From contig OY760142.1 of NCBI GenBank assembly GCA_963663225.1, positions 2,560,001 to 2,624,000 on the forward strand: DNA of 64,000 bases, written 5' to 3'. The notes below the pieces were generated by a model. That model was not told the DNA's origin and made no database searches. It saw nothing but the letters and a program-made list of their open reading frames with translations. Position 1 is the stretch's first letter. Each line of letters opens with the position of its first letter. A program made the translations under genes and the position numbers. This document shows positions 20,038-30,998 of the stretch, one piece after another. The stretch is from Nitrospirota bacterium. GTDB lineage: Bacteria; Nitrospirota; UBA9217.

Positions 20038-21047
20038 TTTGGTTTCACCAAGCTCATGTTTTTTTCAATGTCTGCCTTGATATGCTTGTTTATTTCGCTG
20101 TTGGCAAAGTCGGTAGCGACACGGATGGCGTTCTTAATGGCCCGGTCTGAAGAACGTCCGTGGCTGATGATGCTGATGCCGTTGATGCCCAGAAGCGGCG
20201 CTCCGCCGTATTCTGCGTAATCGAGGCGGCGTTTGAGGATGTTGAAAGCCGGTTTCATCATCAAATAGCCGAGTTTCCGGACCAGGTTGTTTCCGATATT
20301 TTCCCTGATGATTGATGTGATGGTTTCCGCCACCGCTTCTGATACCTTGAGAACAACATTGCCGATGAAACCGTCGCAGACGACCACGTCCGCTTTGCCG
20401 GTCAAGACATCACGCCCTTCTACGTTCCCGATGAAGTTGAGAGATGTCTCTGTCAGAAGTTTGAAAGCTTCTTTTGTCAGTTCGTTGCCTTTGGTTTCTT
20501 CTTCGCCGATCGAAAGGATCCCGACCCGGGGGTTCAGATTCTTTAATGAGTATTTGGCAAAAACTTCCCCCATGACGGCAAATTGAAGCAGATGGTTCGG
20601 TTTGCAGTCAACGTTAGCACCCACGTCCAGCACGATGGATGTGCCCTTGATGGTCGGCATGTAGGTGGCGATTGCCGGCCGCTCAACTCCTTCCAGGGGA
20701 CCAAGCACAAAGAGTGAGGTGGCCATCGCCGCACCGGTATGTCCCGCGCTGATGACTGCCACCGCCTCTCCACTTTTAACAAGCTGATTTGCCACGCGGA
20801 TGGAAGAGTCTTTTTTCCTGCGAAAAACCGTTGACGGAGAATCAAGCATGTCCACAACTTCCGTGGCATTCCGTATCTCAATGGGCAGCGATTGCGCATC
20901 AGGATATTTTTTGAGCTCTGCACAGATTAGTTGTTCAATGCCCACCAGAATGATGCCGACGCCGAATGCTCGCGCTGCCTGCACTGCACCTGCGACGATG
21001 GCGTGAGGTGCATTATCTCCTCCCATGGCATCAACAGCGATTTTCAT
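20034..21047 (-). CDS. plsX: Phosphate acyltransferase PlsX
   Basis: IAVDAMGGD, LDVGANVD, GNVEG, CDGFIGN, HGRS. Confidence 0.97.
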   Translation of the reverse strand: MKIAVDAMGGDNAPHAIVAGAVQAARAFGVGIILVGIEQLICAELKKYPDAQSLPIEIRNATEVVDMLDSPSTVFRRKKDSSIRVANQLVKSGEAVAVISAGHTGAAMATSLFVLGPLEGVERPAIATYMPTIKGTSIVLDVGANVDCKPNHLLQFAVMGEVFAKYSLKNLNPRVGILSIGEEETKGNELTKEAFKLLTETSLNFIGNVEGRDVLTGKADVVVCDGFIGNVVLKVSEAVAETITSIIRENIGNNLVRKLGYLMMKPAFNILKRRLDYAEYGGAPLLGINGISIISHGRSSDRAIKNAIRVATDFANSEINKHIKADIEKNMSLVKPK

Positions 21048-21127
21048 ACAGGCCCTTTCAATATAAAAGGCAAAGAACCATACTGCGGAAAAGGATGGTC
21101 ACTTTGCCTTGTGAATGTGCAGACTAT

Positions 21128-21310
21128 TTATATCTGTTGAATTGTAATGACTTCTCGACCGTTGTACGTGCCGCATGAAACACATGCGTGGTGAGGCTTC
21201 TTCACTTCTTGGCATTGTGGGCAGATTGAAAGACCCGGCGCCTTGAGATATTTATGGGTCCGCCGTTTATCTCTGCGGGATTTGGATGTTCTGTGTTTTG
21301 GATTGGCCAT
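21128..21310 (-). CDS. rpmF: 50S ribosomal protein L32 (Zn-ribbon form)
   Basis: [19 protein letters not shown]; CPQC...CVSC. Confidence 0.97.
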   Translation of the reverse strand: MANPKHRTSKSRRDKRRTHKYLKAPGLSICPQCQEVKKPHHACVSCGTYNGREVITIQQI

Positions 21311-21329
21311 GAGTAGTACGATGCTCCTT

Positions 21330-21845
21330 CTATTTTTTTAGTAAATCTTTTAAAACGGAAAACGCGCCAGACGTTTCCGGTGAATCATTGCTGCATTTGC
21401 AGCCTTTTTCATTACGGTCCGCCCCGCACCGGCTACAGAGTCCTTTGCACTCCGGATGATGAAGCGGTACCATCGGCAGGGCGATAAGCAATTGCTCCCG
21501 CAGGAATTCAACAGGCTCTATTTCATTGCCCTCATAAAATTCCATGTCAAGCTCTCCCTTTCCGAGCTCATGTTCATGAACGGTTCCGAGAGAGTTTGCT
21601 GGTGCAATCTCAAAGTTTACATCGGCATCGATAGAGTATGTAAAACTTTTTAAACAACGGCTGCATTGAAGCAACGGTGCCGCCGTTACATGTCCGGTCA
21701 CCCTGAAAATTCCGGTCCCACCGGACTTAAACACGAGAACCGCTGTAACGGCTACAGATGCTGTTCCCGTGTCAAAAAGATCAATTTTTTGATCAAAGCT
21801 CAGTGTAAGCCCTTCGGGCGGTATATCGCTGATTTTGATGGCCAT
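21330..21845 (-). CDS. yceD: YceD/DUF177 family protein
   Basis: CSRCL and CKGLCSRCG motifs; upstream of rpmF. Confidence 0.92.
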   Translation of the reverse strand: MAIKISDIPPEGLTLSFDQKIDLFDTGTASVAVTAVLVFKSGGTGIFRVTGHVTAAPLLQCSRCLKSFTYSIDADVNFEIAPANSLGTVHEHELGKGELDMEFYEGNEIEPVEFLREQLLIALPMVPLHHPECKGLCSRCGADRNEKGCKCSNDSPETSGAFSVLKDLLKK

Positions 21846-21877
21846 TTCATTCAGCCCCTAAGGCTACAGAGTTTTGA

Positions 21878-21906
21878 ATTATATAGAGGAGCACCGATTT
21901 TGTCAA
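21878..21906 (-). promoter_or_regulatory. Consensus sigma70 promoter for the yceD-rpmF-plsX-fab cluster
   Basis: Minus strand TTGACA-N17-TATAAT. Confidence 0.8.
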
Positions 21907-22296
21907 GATAAATATACTTTTTTACCGCAAACCACAAAAAACGTTGCTCACGATGTATTGAAGAAAAATGAAGTGAACCTTATCGATATTTTTGTTTCAC
22001 AGCAGTTTAGGACCGGCATTTTTGCTTGGAAACTCACGGATTATGATCGTTAAGATTGTAACTTGTTTGATTATGACTATAAGAAAATATAGTGGGAAAT
22101 GGTCAGTCGTACAATGCTTAAACTAAACGCATTTGATGATATTTAAACATGACTCAATCTTAAATATGTATTGTATTTCATATGTTTACGGTAAAATATA
22201 CGAAAAAAATTAAATACTACGGTGTGAGTATGAATAATATATTCATATTTTTATGTTGACTTCTAATATTTGATAAGTTATTTTTACGGAATCTAG

Positions 22297-22944
22297 ATGA
22301 GGGAATTACTTGCTATGAACCTAAAAGTATTGTTCGTTTTTGTTCTTCTTGTCGTTTTTAGTATTTCTTTGCCTCCAAATGGATTGGCGGCAATCTATAA
22401 ATATACTGATAAGGATGACTTGATCCATTTTGTTGATGATTTGCAGTCTGTTCCAGAGCAATATAGGTCTTCGGCAAAAATAGTCAATGGAGAGGATAAA
22501 GAAGAAATCAAGAAGCCGTCAAGCCAACCACCTGCTCAGACAGAGACAAAAAAGGCAGAAATATCGACCAGCAACATTGCAGAAAAAGTAGAAGCGGCTC
22601 CTTTTGGCAAGCGGGCAATAATCTCTGCCATTATTATCGTAAGCGCACTCTTTGCATTTGTAATTCTGAAGAGGCTCGACATGGACAACAAAAAAGTAAT
22701 TTCTATTACCAGAATCGTTATTCTTTGGGGAATATCGATTTTTTTGCTGTATGCCCATGCAGGGGACGTTGTCTCAGTCTTCAGCTCAATAGGAAATAAA
22801 ATAGAAAATACGCAACAGAAAGCTGAAGAAAAAGGGAAAAAGGCTGCCAAAGCAATTAAAGCAATGGACGTTTTAATAGAACGAGCAGAAAACCACTCAG
22901 CTAATGACATGCAATCGACGGAATCGGAGAATAGCAAACAATAA
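22297..22944 (+). CDS. DUF4124-like exported/membrane protein
   Basis: Signal peptide, IYKYTDKDDLIHFVDD motif, two TM helices. Confidence 0.7.
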   Translation: MRELLAMNLKVLFVFVLLVVFSISLPPNGLAAIYKYTDKDDLIHFVDDLQSVPEQYRSSAKIVNGEDKEEIKKPSSQPPAQTETKKAEISTSNIAEKVEAAPFGKRAIISAIIIVSALFAFVILKRLDMDNKKVISITRIVILWGISIFLLYAHAGDVVSVFSSIGNKIENTQQKAEEKGKKAAKAIKAMDVLIERAENHSANDMQSTESENSKQ

Positions 22945-22946
22945 TT

Positions 22947-24332
22947 TCAGCTGTGTTTGGTAATTTGAGTAATTGAAGAATATACGACGTCTATCAAGGA
23001 GCCGAGTTCTTTCAGCGTTATTGAGAGCGGTGGCATAAGCACGATAACGTTTCCCAGGGGCCTTATGATAAGGCCTTTCTTGCGGCATTCAAGGCAAACG
23101 CGAATGCCAATTTTTTCTTCCAGAGGGTAAGGTTTTTTCGTTTTTTTGTTCTGAACAAGCTCAATCCCGACCATGAACCCTTTCTGCCGGACCTCGCCTA
23201 CATGACTCAGCTTTTCAAACTGCTTTAACTTCTCGGTCAAATAGACGATTTTCTTTTGCAGCTTCTTGAGCGTATTGTCTTTTCGGAAAAGGTCGATGCT
23301 GGCTATTGCAGCAGCGCACGCGATTGGATTTCCGGTATAGGTATGGCCGTGAAAGAATGTCTTAAGTTCGCGGTAATCTCCGAGAAATTTGTTGTATATT
23401 TCTTCTGTTGTAAGTGTTGCCGCAAGCGGAAGATATCCACCGGTGATGCCTTTGGCTACGCACATAATGTCAGGTACGACCTTCTCGTGGTCACAGGCAA
23501 ACATGGTGCCGGTCCTGCCGAAGCCGGTTGCAACTTCATCAGCAATCAGAAGTATGTTGTATCGTGAGCAGATTTTTTTTATCGCAGACAGGTATCCGGG
23601 CGGTTGCATCAGCATGCCTGCAGCGCCCTGCACCAGCGGTTCCAAAATGAGAGCGGCGGTTTCGCGGCTGTGGCGACGGATTACCGCTTCTGCCGCTGAA
23701 ACGCATTTCATGCCGCAAACAGGATATTTCCCGCCAAATGGACATCGGTAACAATACGGTGAATCGATTTTATATGATTCGAAAAGAAGCGGTTTGTATA
23801 TTTGGTGGAATAGGTCGATTCCTCCCACGCTTACGGATCCGAGTGTGTCCCCGTGATATGCTTCTTTGAGCGAAATAAATTTTGTTTTTGTTCGGAATTT
23901 TCGATCATGCTGCTGCCAGTACTGGAATGCGATTTTAAGTGCAATTTCCACGGAGGTTGAGCCGCTATCCGAGTAAAAGACCCTGGAAAGGCCCGATGGG
24001 GCGTTCGTTATGATTTTTTTGGCAAGGAGTGCCGCGGGGACGTTGGATAAGCCAAGCAATGTTGAGTGAGCGATTTTTCCAAGCTGTTTGGATATGGCTT
24101 GATCAATTTCATTTTTTCTGTGGCCATGGACGGTGACCCAAAGTGATGATACTCCGTCGATATATTTTTTGCCATTGATGTCGGTCAGCATGCTTCCTTT
24201 GCCGCTTTCGATGATAATTTGCGGTTCTTTCTGCCAATCCTGCATCTGCGTAAAAGGGTGCCAGACATATTTTTTGTCGCAGTATTCTATGTGGCGAAGG
24301 AACGATTGTTTTGAAGGCCGTTTTGCGGACAA
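22947..24332 (-). CDS. bioA: Adenosylmethionine-8-amino-7-oxononanoate transaminase
   Basis: VWHPFTQM, YHGDT, ADEVATGFGRTG, AKGITGGYLP, HGHTYTGNP. Confidence 0.95.
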   Translation of the reverse strand: MSAKRPSKQSFLRHIEYCDKKYVWHPFTQMQDWQKEPQIIIESGKGSMLTDINGKKYIDGVSSLWVTVHGHRKNEIDQAISKQLGKIAHSTLLGLSNVPAALLAKKIITNAPSGLSRVFYSDSGSTSVEIALKIAFQYWQQHDRKFRTKTKFISLKEAYHGDTLGSVSVGGIDLFHQIYKPLLFESYKIDSPYCYRCPFGGKYPVCGMKCVSAAEAVIRRHSRETAALILEPLVQGAAGMLMQPPGYLSAIKKICSRYNILLIADEVATGFGRTGTMFACDHEKVVPDIMCVAKGITGGYLPLAATLTTEEIYNKFLGDYRELKTFFHGHTYTGNPIACAAAIASIDLFRKDNTLKKLQKKIVYLTEKLKQFEKLSHVGEVRQKGFMVGIELVQNKKTKKPYPLEEKIGIRVCLECRKKGLIIRPLGNVIVLMPPLSITLKELGSLIDVVYSSITQITKHS

Positions 24333-24380
24333 AATTCAAGCTCACTTTCTGGGGTATTTTCTCGTTTTTGGTAATTTTGT

Positions 24381-24449
24381 ATTATAGAATCCACGTTCAT
24401 TTTGTCAATAATAAAAAGCTTGAAAAGGCTCTCTTATTTCTGGTACAAT
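24381..24449. promoter_or_regulatory. Divergent sigma70 promoters for bioA (-) and degP (+)
   Basis: Minus TTGACA-N16-TATAAT (24381-24408); plus TTGAAA-N18-TACAAT with extended TG (24420-24449). Confidence 0.6.
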
Positions 24450-24541
24450 AAAAAATTATAAAAAAATACCGGGGCTTAATTTACCGTTTATCATGCATCT
24501 GGTCATAGAGAACGATTTGCATCCGGAGGCTGTTTGTTTCC

Positions 24542-26044
24542 ATGCGCAATAAAAAGAAATTTTACATAGCGGTTGTCTTTGTTCTTCTCCTCGGGATCAT
24601 TATCGGACTTGTTTTATCATCCCGTATGGGCATCATGACCACGCTTCCTGCCAAAAGTCAGATATCATCTAAATCCGTAGAAATTCTGACCCAGCTGAGC
24701 GAGGCCCAATCCGAGGTTGCAGCAGTGGCTACTCCGTCAGTCGTAAACATATCCACGACACGGCTGGTAAAGTCGCGTGAAGAAGCCCCGTTCGATTTGT
24801 TTGACGATCCTTTTTTCCGAAGATTTTTCGGCGATCAGGCACCTCGTTCCAATGCACCCAAAGAGCATAAAGAACAAAGTCTGGGTTCGGGTGTCATTGT
24901 CTCAGAGGACGGCTACATAGTGACAAACAACCATGTTATTGCAAAAGCCCAGGAAATAAAGGTTCTTCTTTCAAATAAAAAAAGCTATAAGGCAACACTG
25001 ATTGGCGCTGATCCCAAAACGGATATTTCTGTCATAAAAATTGACGCGAAAGGGCTCTCTCCGCTGCCATGGGGTGATTCCAACAAACTCAAGGTAGGAG
25101 AGGTTGTATTTGCAATCGGGAACCCCTTTGGCTTAAACCAAACGGTAACCATGGGCATCATCAGCGCAGTGGGCCGAGCAAACGTGGGCATTGCCGACTA
25201 TGAAGACTTTATACAGACTGACGCTGCGATTAATCCCGGCAATTCCGGCGGCGCACTGGTAAACGTTCGTGGTGAGCTAATAGGAATCAACACCGCTATT
25301 TTGTCAAGAACAGGAGGATATCAAGGAATCGGCTTTGCTGTACCGAGCAGTATGGCACGCCAGGTAATGGACAGTCTGATACAATTTAAGAAAGTTGTTC
25401 GCGGCTGGCTGGGTGTAAGTATACAAGACGTAACATCGGATCTTGCGGATGAATTCGGCGTCAAAGACTTGAAAGGTGCTCTGGTAAGCAGTGTTATGAA
25501 GAAGAGCCCGGCAGATAAGGCCGGCATCAGGCAGGGGGATGTAATTCTGCAATATAACGGCAAAGTTGTTGAAGATACGGGACATTTACGAAATATGGTA
25601 TCGCAGACACCGCTGAATACGACGGTGAAAATGAAACTGTTGCGTTCAAAAAAAGAATTCGATGTTGATGTGCTCATTGCAGAACTGCCTAAAAAACTTG
25701 GCGATGCGGCATCCCGCGATGACGGAACAGGCAATTCGAATGATGAAACAGCGAACAGCATGTTCTCGGGGATTACCGTCCGCGAACTCACCTCGGAGCT
25801 TGCCCGCCGCTACGGAGTCTCTGGTAATGATAAAGGGGTCATCGTCGTAAAAATCGACCCTAGCAGCAGGATATTTGAGGCCGGGATAAAACAGGGTGAT
25901 ATAATACTCCAGATAAACCAGAAGAATATCGCAAGCCTGGAAGATTACAAAAAAGTAACAGCCACGATAACAAAAAAGGAAAGAGTTCTTTTTCTCGTTC
26001 GTCGAAACGGACAGGATCTGTTTATTCCCGTCAAACAGGAATAA
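24542..26044 (+). CDS. degP: DegP/DegQ (HtrA) serine protease with two PDZ domains
   Basis: TNNHV, TDAAINPGNSGG, two PDZ domains. Confidence 0.93.
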   Translation: MRNKKKFYIAVVFVLLLGIIIGLVLSSRMGIMTTLPAKSQISSKSVEILTQLSEAQSEVAAVATPSVVNISTTRLVKSREEAPFDLFDDPFFRRFFGDQAPRSNAPKEHKEQSLGSGVIVSEDGYIVTNNHVIAKAQEIKVLLSNKKSYKATLIGADPKTDISVIKIDAKGLSPLPWGDSNKLKVGEVVFAIGNPFGLNQTVTMGIISAVGRANVGIADYEDFIQTDAAINPGNSGGALVNVRGELIGINTAILSRTGGYQGIGFAVPSSMARQVMDSLIQFKKVVRGWLGVSIQDVTSDLADEFGVKDLKGALVSSVMKKSPADKAGIRQGDVILQYNGKVVEDTGHLRNMVSQTPLNTTVKMKLLRSKKEFDVDVLIAELPKKLGDAASRDDGTGNSNDETANSMFSGITVRELTSELARRYGVSGNDKGVIVVKIDPSSRIFEAGIKQGDIILQINQKNIASLEDYKKVTATITKKERVLFLVRRNGQDLFIPVKQE

Positions 26045-26105
26045 ATTTTCATCATTTTTTTTGATCGCAATTTGACTGCTTTTATAGTAAGGGAGGTGAG
26101 CAGGA

Positions 26106-27125
26106 ATGGGACTTGTCTTTATACGGGTAATATTTCTTTTTCTCGGTACACTGCTGGGCTATTATGTGTCCACACAGCTTTACGATCAGGTCAGCAAAGT
26201 AGAAGGGATGATAATCGGGTTTGGCGTCGCTGTTCTGATTATTCTTACGGAATTTCTGTTTCGCAGAGTTTCATTAAAAGTTATTATCGGTGGCATCTTG
26301 GGTTTTATTCTTGGTTTAATGTCCGCGAATATTATCGCTGCTCCGCTCAAACTGGTACCGCTTGAAAGAAGCATCGTAAATTTCATTCTTCTTCTCATGA
26401 ACAGCTTCTTCGGATACATCGGTATTACGATCGGCATCCGTGAAGGGGAGCGATTTAACCCATCAAATATTAAAAAGCTCTTCAGAAGTGGTTCTGAAGA
26501 AAATATCAAAATCATGGACACAAGCGTCATCATCGACGGCAGGATCGCCGATGTATGTGAAACAGAATTTCTGGATGGGACCATAATCATACCCCAGTTT
26601 ATTCTGCATGAACTCCAGCATATCGCCGACTCCTCGGATCCCCTCAAACGGGCCCGCGGCAGGCGCGGCCTCGACATTCTGCATCGAATTCAGAAAATGA
26701 CGCATATGGAAGTCCGTATTGTCGAAGAAGACTTCCCGAAAATACGCGAAGTTGATGCAAAGCTCATTGCTCTTGCAAAGAAAATTGGCGCTAAGGTTAT
26801 TACGAATGATTTTAACCTGAACAAAGTTGCTGAATTACAAGGCGTGAAAGTGCTGAATATCAACGATCTTTCGAATGCGGTGAAGCCGGTAGCCCTCCCG
26901 GGTGAAAGCATGCGCGTGTTTGTGCTGAAGGAAGGCAAAGAAACCGGACAGGGTGTCGCCTACCTGGATGACGGGACTATGATCGTTGTTGAGAATGGAA
27001 GAAAATATATCAACAAGAACATTGATGTGGCGGTGACGAGCGTCCTTCAGACCGCGGCAGGAAGAATGATTTTTACCAAGCTTAAAGAAGATATGGAACA
27101 CGAACTGCAAGCGACTGAACGTTAA
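26106..27125 (+). CDS. PIN/TRAM domain membrane protein (YacL family)
   Basis: [49 protein letters not shown]. Confidence 0.92.
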   Translation: MGLVFIRVIFLFLGTLLGYYVSTQLYDQVSKVEGMIIGFGVAVLIILTEFLFRRVSLKVIIGGILGFILGLMSANIIAAPLKLVPLERSIVNFILLLMNSFFGYIGITIGIREGERFNPSNIKKLFRSGSEENIKIMDTSVIIDGRIADVCETEFLDGTIIIPQFILHELQHIADSSDPLKRARGRRGLDILHRIQKMTHMEVRIVEEDFPKIREVDAKLIALAKKIGAKVITNDFNLNKVAELQGVKVLNINDLSNAVKPVALPGESMRVFVLKEGKETGQGVAYLDDGTMIVVENGRKYINKNIDVAVTSVLQTAAGRMIFTKLKEDMEHELQATER

Positions 27126-27201
27126 GGCTGTCTGCAATGAGTATGCGTTCATCCATCTTTATTTACTACTATCACTGCATAATATTTTTTCAGGAGGTTC
27201 G

Positions 27202-27945
27202 ATGTCAGGTCATTCGAAATGGGCTACAACAAAGCACAAAAAAGCCGCGATAGACGCAAAACGCGGCAAAATATTCACCAAGATTACAAAAGAAATAACC
27301 GTTGCTGCGAAACTCGGCGGAGGGGATCCGAATGGAAATCCGCGGCTGAGAACGGCTGTGGCCAAGGCAAAAGCGGTGAGCATGCCCGCAGACAATATCA
27401 AGCGCGCGATTCAAAAAGGCACCGGAGAGTTGCCCGGCGTGTCATATGAAGAAATCACTTTTGAAGGATATGGGCCGGGAGGGGTGGCGGTCTTGGTAGA
27501 ATCAATGACCGATAACCGAAACAGAACCGTCTCCGAAATCCGGCATATTTTCGGAAAGTCCGGCGGCAATATGGGGGAAGCCGGCTGCGTCTCATGGATG
27601 TTTCAAAAGAAAGGTTATATTGTGGTGGGACGTACAAAAGTTGATGAAGATAATCTGATGTCGTTGGCACTTGATGCCGGTGCAGAAGACATGCAGACTG
27701 AGGATGCAAATTTTGTAATCACGACGCCACCTGCAGATTTGGAAAAAGTGAAAAAAGCGATTGAAGATGCGGGTATTGCCCTGGAAGTGGCAGAGGTCAC
27801 TATGGTTCCTCAGACATACGTTAAACTAGATGGCAAGGAAGCCCAGCAAATGCTGCGTCTTATGGAATCACTCGAAGATAACGATGATGTCCAAAACGTC
27901 TACGCGAATTTTGATATACCGGATGAAATCATGAACGCCGAATAG
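27202..27945 (+). CDS. yebC: YebC/PmpR family regulator
   Basis: [34 protein letters not shown]. Confidence 0.97.
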   Translation: MSGHSKWATTKHKKAAIDAKRGKIFTKITKEITVAAKLGGGDPNGNPRLRTAVAKAKAVSMPADNIKRAIQKGTGELPGVSYEEITFEGYGPGGVAVLVESMTDNRNRTVSEIRHIFGKSGGNMGEAGCVSWMFQKKGYIVVGRTKVDEDNLMSLALDAGAEDMQTEDANFVITTPPADLEKVKKAIEDAGIALEVAEVTMVPQTYVKLDGKEAQQMLRLMESLEDNDDVQNVYANFDIPDEIMNAE

Positions 27946-28077
27946 CGCATCATCTGTAATAATCGTTCTTGCTATCGGATAACATTCTAAAACTTCAAAG
28001 ATAAAGACCGCAGTTTCATTGCGGCAGGGCCGCTTTTCTTAAATTTTCCTTGTTTGGTGTTTCATTACGGGGGATGT

Positions 28078-28629
28078 ATGAAAGTTCTGGGGATTGATCC
28101 AGGTACGCTCACGAGCGGATACGGGGTTGTTGCGGAAGAAGATCATAAGCTGTTTCATGTTGCGTCCGGTGGAATCAGCCCCTCTGCGAAACAGCCGTTT
28201 CCTAAACGGCTCAAAAAAATTTACGATGAACTCACGAAGGTCATCGATCAGTATCGTCCCCACGTGATTGTTGTCGAAGATTTGTTTGTTTCCAAAAATA
28301 TAAAATCAGCCCTCAAACTTGGCCATTCGAGAGGCATTGCGCTTCTCGCAGCCGTGAACATGGGACTGCCCGTGTACGAGTATTCACCCCTGGAGGTTAA
28401 ACAGGCGGTGGTCGGGAATGGAAAAGCAGAAAAAAAACAAGTCCAGCTTATGGTGAAAACTTTGCTGGATCTCCCCAAAATCCCTTATCCTGCGGATGCC
28501 GCAGACGCATTGGCTGCGGCAATCTGCCATATCCACGCGTCCCGGCTTAAAGAAATGCTGAAAAACCCATCAGCATTGCGTCAGTCGAACAGGCCGGGTG
28601 CTTTTAGAACCACAGGCAGGATTAGATGA
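28078..28629 (+). CDS. ruvC: Holliday junction resolvase RuvC
   Basis: VLGIDPG, EYSPLEVKQAVVG, DAADALAAAICH. Confidence 0.96.
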   Translation: MKVLGIDPGTLTSGYGVVAEEDHKLFHVASGGISPSAKQPFPKRLKKIYDELTKVIDQYRPHVIVVEDLFVSKNIKSALKLGHSRGIALLAAVNMGLPVYEYSPLEVKQAVVGNGKAEKKQVQLMVKTLLDLPKIPYPADAADALAAAICHIHASRLKEMLKNPSALRQSNRPGAFRTTGRIR

Positions 28630-29225
28630 TTGCTTTGCTTACAGGCACGTTAAAACGCAAAGCCAAGGATTATCTGATTATAGATGTCGCTGGAGTCGGC
28701 TATCAGGTTTCTCTGCCGCTTTCAACCTTTTCATCCCTTCCTGAAGCCGGCGAGGAAATTACTCTCCATATTCATACCCACCTCCGTGAAGATTCACTGT
28801 CACTTTTCGGTTTTTTGACGGAAGCCGAAAAAGACATGTTTCTCTGTCTCCTGGAAGTGTCAGGTATCGGGCCCAAACTCGCATTGTCTGTTCTCTCCGG
28901 TTTTTCAGTCCACGACATTGCGCATGCGATAAAAAATTCAGATGATTCAAGACTCTGTACTATCTCAGGAATCGGCAAAAAAACAGCCGCCCGTATTGTC
29001 CTGGAATTGAAAGACAAGATAAAATTGCATGAGACACGGCCCGCTTCTCAGTCGGATGATTTGACCCGGTCGGGCGATATGGAAGATGCGGTGTCAGCAC
29101 TCGTAAATCTCGGATATAAAAAACAGGTTGCGGAAGACGCTCTCAGGCAAGTCAGCGATAAATATTCTCCTCTTACGCTGGAAGAACTCCTCAAAGAAGG
29201 TCTGAATATTTTAAAGCAAAGGTGA
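28626..29225 (+). CDS. ruvA: Holliday junction branch migration protein RuvA
   Basis: GVGYQV, LFGF, VSGIGPK, GIGKKTAARI, ALVNLGY. Confidence 0.96.
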   Translation: MIALLTGTLKRKAKDYLIIDVAGVGYQVSLPLSTFSSLPEAGEEITLHIHTHLREDSLSLFGFLTEAEKDMFLCLLEVSGIGPKLALSVLSGFSVHDIAHAIKNSDDSRLCTISGIGKKTAARIVLELKDKIKLHETRPASQSDDLTRSGDMEDAVSALVNLGYKKQVAEDALRQVSDKYSPLTLEELLKEGLNILKQR

Positions 29226-29298
29226 GGAAAACCCACAATCCGATAATTTGTGAGTTACTGAGACAACGCACTACTCTGCAAAAGGTTGATTTTATTCT

Positions 29299-30321
29299 AT
29301 GACAGAACGACTTGTAACACCTGAACAAAGCAATGATGATGACGGCCGTTTTGATAAAAGTCTCAGACCGGTGCGTTTTGAAGACTTCATCGGTCAGGAC
29401 AGAATCAAAGAAAATTTAAAGATATATATCGATGCGGCGAGAGGAAGAGGGGAGGCTCTTGATCATGTTTTGTTCTGCGGTCCTCCCGGTCTTGGCAAGA
29501 CCACGCTTGCAATAATAATCGCACATGAACTCGGTGTCGGCATAAAAACCACGTCCGGTCCTGTGCTGGAGCGTGCAGGAGATCTTGCCGCCATTTTGAC
29601 CAACCTTCAGGAAAGAGATGTTCTTTTTATTGATGAAATTCACAGGCTGAATCGGGTTGTCGAAGAAATTTTATACCCGGCCATGGAAGATTTTCAACTC
29701 GATATTATTATCGGTCAAGGACCGGGTGCGCGCTCGATCAAACTTGATTTGCCTCATTTTACCCTTGTCGGGGCCACGACAAGGACAGGCCTTCTTACCT
29801 CCCCGCTGAGAGACCGTTTTGGCGTTCTCGACAGGCTGAATTTTTATAATCACGAAGAATTGAGTGTTATCGTGCAGCGTTCCGCAGCATTATTGCAGGT
29901 TCCCATTGAACCGGGTGCCGCGCTGGAAATAGCCGGCCGATCGCGCGGTACGCCGCGCATTGCCAACAGGTTGCTGAGACGGGTTAGAGATTTTGCGCAA
30001 GTACAAAATGATGGCACGATCACGACTGAGCTTGTGGCACGAGCGATGGACCGCCTTGAAGTGGATGCACAAGGACTTGACCACATGGACCGCCGCTTGC
30101 TGCTTACTATTATTGACAAATATGAAGGAGGTCCGGTTGGGCTTGAAACTCTTGCAGCCGCCTTGAACGAGGAAAAAGACACCCTGGAAGATGTGTACGA
30201 ACCTTTTTTGATTCAAGAAGGATTTCTGGACCGCACTCCCCGTGGGAGGCAGGCAACACGCCGTGCCTACGAGTATTTAAAAAAAACAAAATCGACGACT
30301 ACCCAGGAAAGACTGCTGTAA
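29299..30321 (+). CDS. ruvB: Holliday junction helicase RuvB
   Basis: [35 protein letters not shown]. Confidence 0.98.
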   Translation: MTERLVTPEQSNDDDGRFDKSLRPVRFEDFIGQDRIKENLKIYIDAARGRGEALDHVLFCGPPGLGKTTLAIIIAHELGVGIKTTSGPVLERAGDLAAILTNLQERDVLFIDEIHRLNRVVEEILYPAMEDFQLDIIIGQGPGARSIKLDLPHFTLVGATTRTGLLTSPLRDRFGVLDRLNFYNHEELSVIVQRSAALLQVPIEPGAALEIAGRSRGTPRIANRLLRRVRDFAQVQNDGTITTELVARAMDRLEVDAQGLDHMDRRLLLTIIDKYEGGPVGLETLAAALNEEKDTLEDVYEPFLIQEGFLDRTPRGRQATRRAYEYLKKTKSTTTQERLL

Positions 30322-30404
30322 CAGCAGATAGCGGACGGCGTTCGGTTTCTATTTCAGAATGATCGTCCGGTTTTTCATTGTTCCCGAAGGTTCTCCGCAA
30401 TTTT

Positions 30405-30941
30405 ATGAAAATATTATTCCACATGTGCTGCGCTCCTTGCGCAATCTATCCATATTCCCGACTGAAAGAAGAAGGTTTTGATGTTGCCGGTTTTTTTTAT
30501 AATCCAAATATACACCCTTATCAGGAGTATAGAAAACGGTTCGAAGCAATTAAGGAATTTGCCGTCCGCTTCGGGCTGGAGATGATATATCAGGATGAAT
30601 ATAACCTTGATTTCTTTTTACTTCAGATTACGGGTAAGGGGCCGCACCGATGCGAACACTGTTATCGATTAAGGCTTGCAGAAGCTGCGCGTGCCGCTAA
30701 AAAGTCAAATGTCACAGCTTTTACAACATCGCTTTTGTACAGCAAGTATCAGAAACACGATTTAATTGCCTCGCTCGGAAAAGAAATGGCAGCGGAACAC
30801 GGTGTCGAATTTTATTATGAGGATTTTCGGAGTGGTTGGCGAGAAGGAATTCTAGAATCCAAGGCCATGGGGCTTTACCGCCAGCAGTATTGCGGATGCA
30901 TATACAGCGAGCGAGACCGTTATGCTCCAAAGCCGCGTTAG
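30405..30941 (+). CDS. queH: Epoxyqueuosine reductase QueH (DUF208)
   Basis: HMCCAPC, FYNPNIHP, RCEHC, LYRQQYCGCIYS. Confidence 0.92.
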   Translation: MKILFHMCCAPCAIYPYSRLKEEGFDVAGFFYNPNIHPYQEYRKRFEAIKEFAVRFGLEMIYQDEYNLDFFLLQITGKGPHRCEHCYRLRLAEAARAAKKSNVTAFTTSLLYSKYQKHDLIASLGKEMAAEHGVEFYYEDFRSGWREGILESKAMGLYRQQYCGCIYSERDRYAPKPR

Positions 30942-30998
30942 GCGTAAAGATATTGTTACAAGATAAATTTTGTTAAACTAAATTTACTCCGTTCAACT

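Noticed and set aside
21910-22296. AT-rich intergenic region as ncRNA or insertion scar
   Set aside because: No convincing structure, repeats or target duplication; consistent with a divergent promoter region
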